Shown piece by piece: positions 63,608-64,000 of a stretch of DNA of 64,000 nt (positions are counted from its first letter, which is position 1; each line of letters opens with the position of its first letter). The stretch covers positions 1 to 64,000 of the IMG/VR virus record IMGVR_UViG_3300028888_000119. One strand, written 5' to 3'. Made by a program: the position numbers and the translations under genes. This DNA is from a virus. Lineage: Duplodnaviria > Caudoviricetes. A model generated the notes under the pieces. That model had not been told where the DNA came from and did not search any database. It saw only the letters and a program-made list of their open reading frames with translations.

Positions 63608-64000
63608 TTAAGTGCTAGGTTCAAGGGGAACCATTATCCACATCCCAACATTGCTATCGTACACAAAATAGTCAATTCCAGCGAAAGAACTGTGAGTTTG
63701 CGAAGAGGATGTCGTAGGTGAGTTCCCTTTTATTCTATAAATTTGTTTCCCGTTCCCATTGATAGTAACAGCGTAATATCTAGGGACGATTATCATAAGT
63801 GTTTGCCCTTCTTGCGGATTGGATGGAAGGTTTATGGTTGATGCGGAATTAACGATTACATTATAATCGTATTTGTCCAAATTGACCGTACCGGATATGA
63901 GCCTTGTTTTCGGCCTCAATCCGGAAATCATTCCATTAGGTACATAAATCGCGCTGTTCGTCCTATTGGCGCCAGTAACGCTGATATACGCACCTATGTT
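63608..64000 (-). CDS. C-terminal end of a tail protein (partial, begins beyond right edge)
   Basis: Frame stays open upstream of 63931 to the edge (NIGAYISVTGANRTNSAIYVPNGMISGLRP...); INLPSNPQEGQTLMI fibre-tip motif. Confidence 0.7.
   Translation of the reverse strand, partial: NIGAYISVTGANRTNSAIYVPNGMISGLRPKTRLISGTVNLDKYDYNVIVNSASTINLPSNPQEGQTLMIIVPRYYAVTINGNGKQIYRIKGNSPTTSSSQTHSSFAGIDYFVYDSNVGMWIMVPLEPST

Noticed and set aside
51280-64000. Diversity-generating retroelement targeting the adhesin or fibres
   Set aside because: No reverse transcriptase, and no adenine-variant template/variable repeat pair found by eye; only possible outside the window.

Overview
The window is most of the genome of a long non-contractile-tailed (siphovirus-like) dsDNA phage. 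Repeated TAnnTTTG (-7) / TTTG (-33) promoter boxes and the lack of Shine-Dalgarno use point to a Bacteroidota host. Layout: (i) 1-27946, minus strand: tail, head and packaging genes (tape measure protein runs off the left edge), then helicase, exonuclease/recombination, primase-helicase, methyltransferase-like, ThyX-like, dUTPase and HNH genes, with three atypical tRNA-like genes. (ii) 27950-29190: AT-rich divergent control region with iteron-like repeats. (iii) 29191-46805, plus strand: about 60 small early/accessory ORFs, a roughly 450-nt non-coding structured region and a lone small serine recombinase. (iv) 46864-64000, minus strand: end of a tail gene (off the right edge), lysis genes, tail fibres, a 2185-aa LamG/CotH-kinase-like/LRR adhesin, and a six-gene Gly-rich/CCC/RGG/HExxH module with its own promoter and an upstream HTH gene. 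Blocks iv and i read as one late region on a circular map with part of the tail module missing. No DNA polymerase, tyrosine integrase, CRISPR array, reverse transcriptase or rRNA was seen. Best leads: the six-gene module, the three tRNA mimics lacking a normal anticodon loop, the large candidate ncRNA and the attenuator-like primase leader. All family names come from motif recognition by eye; no database search or folding program was run.
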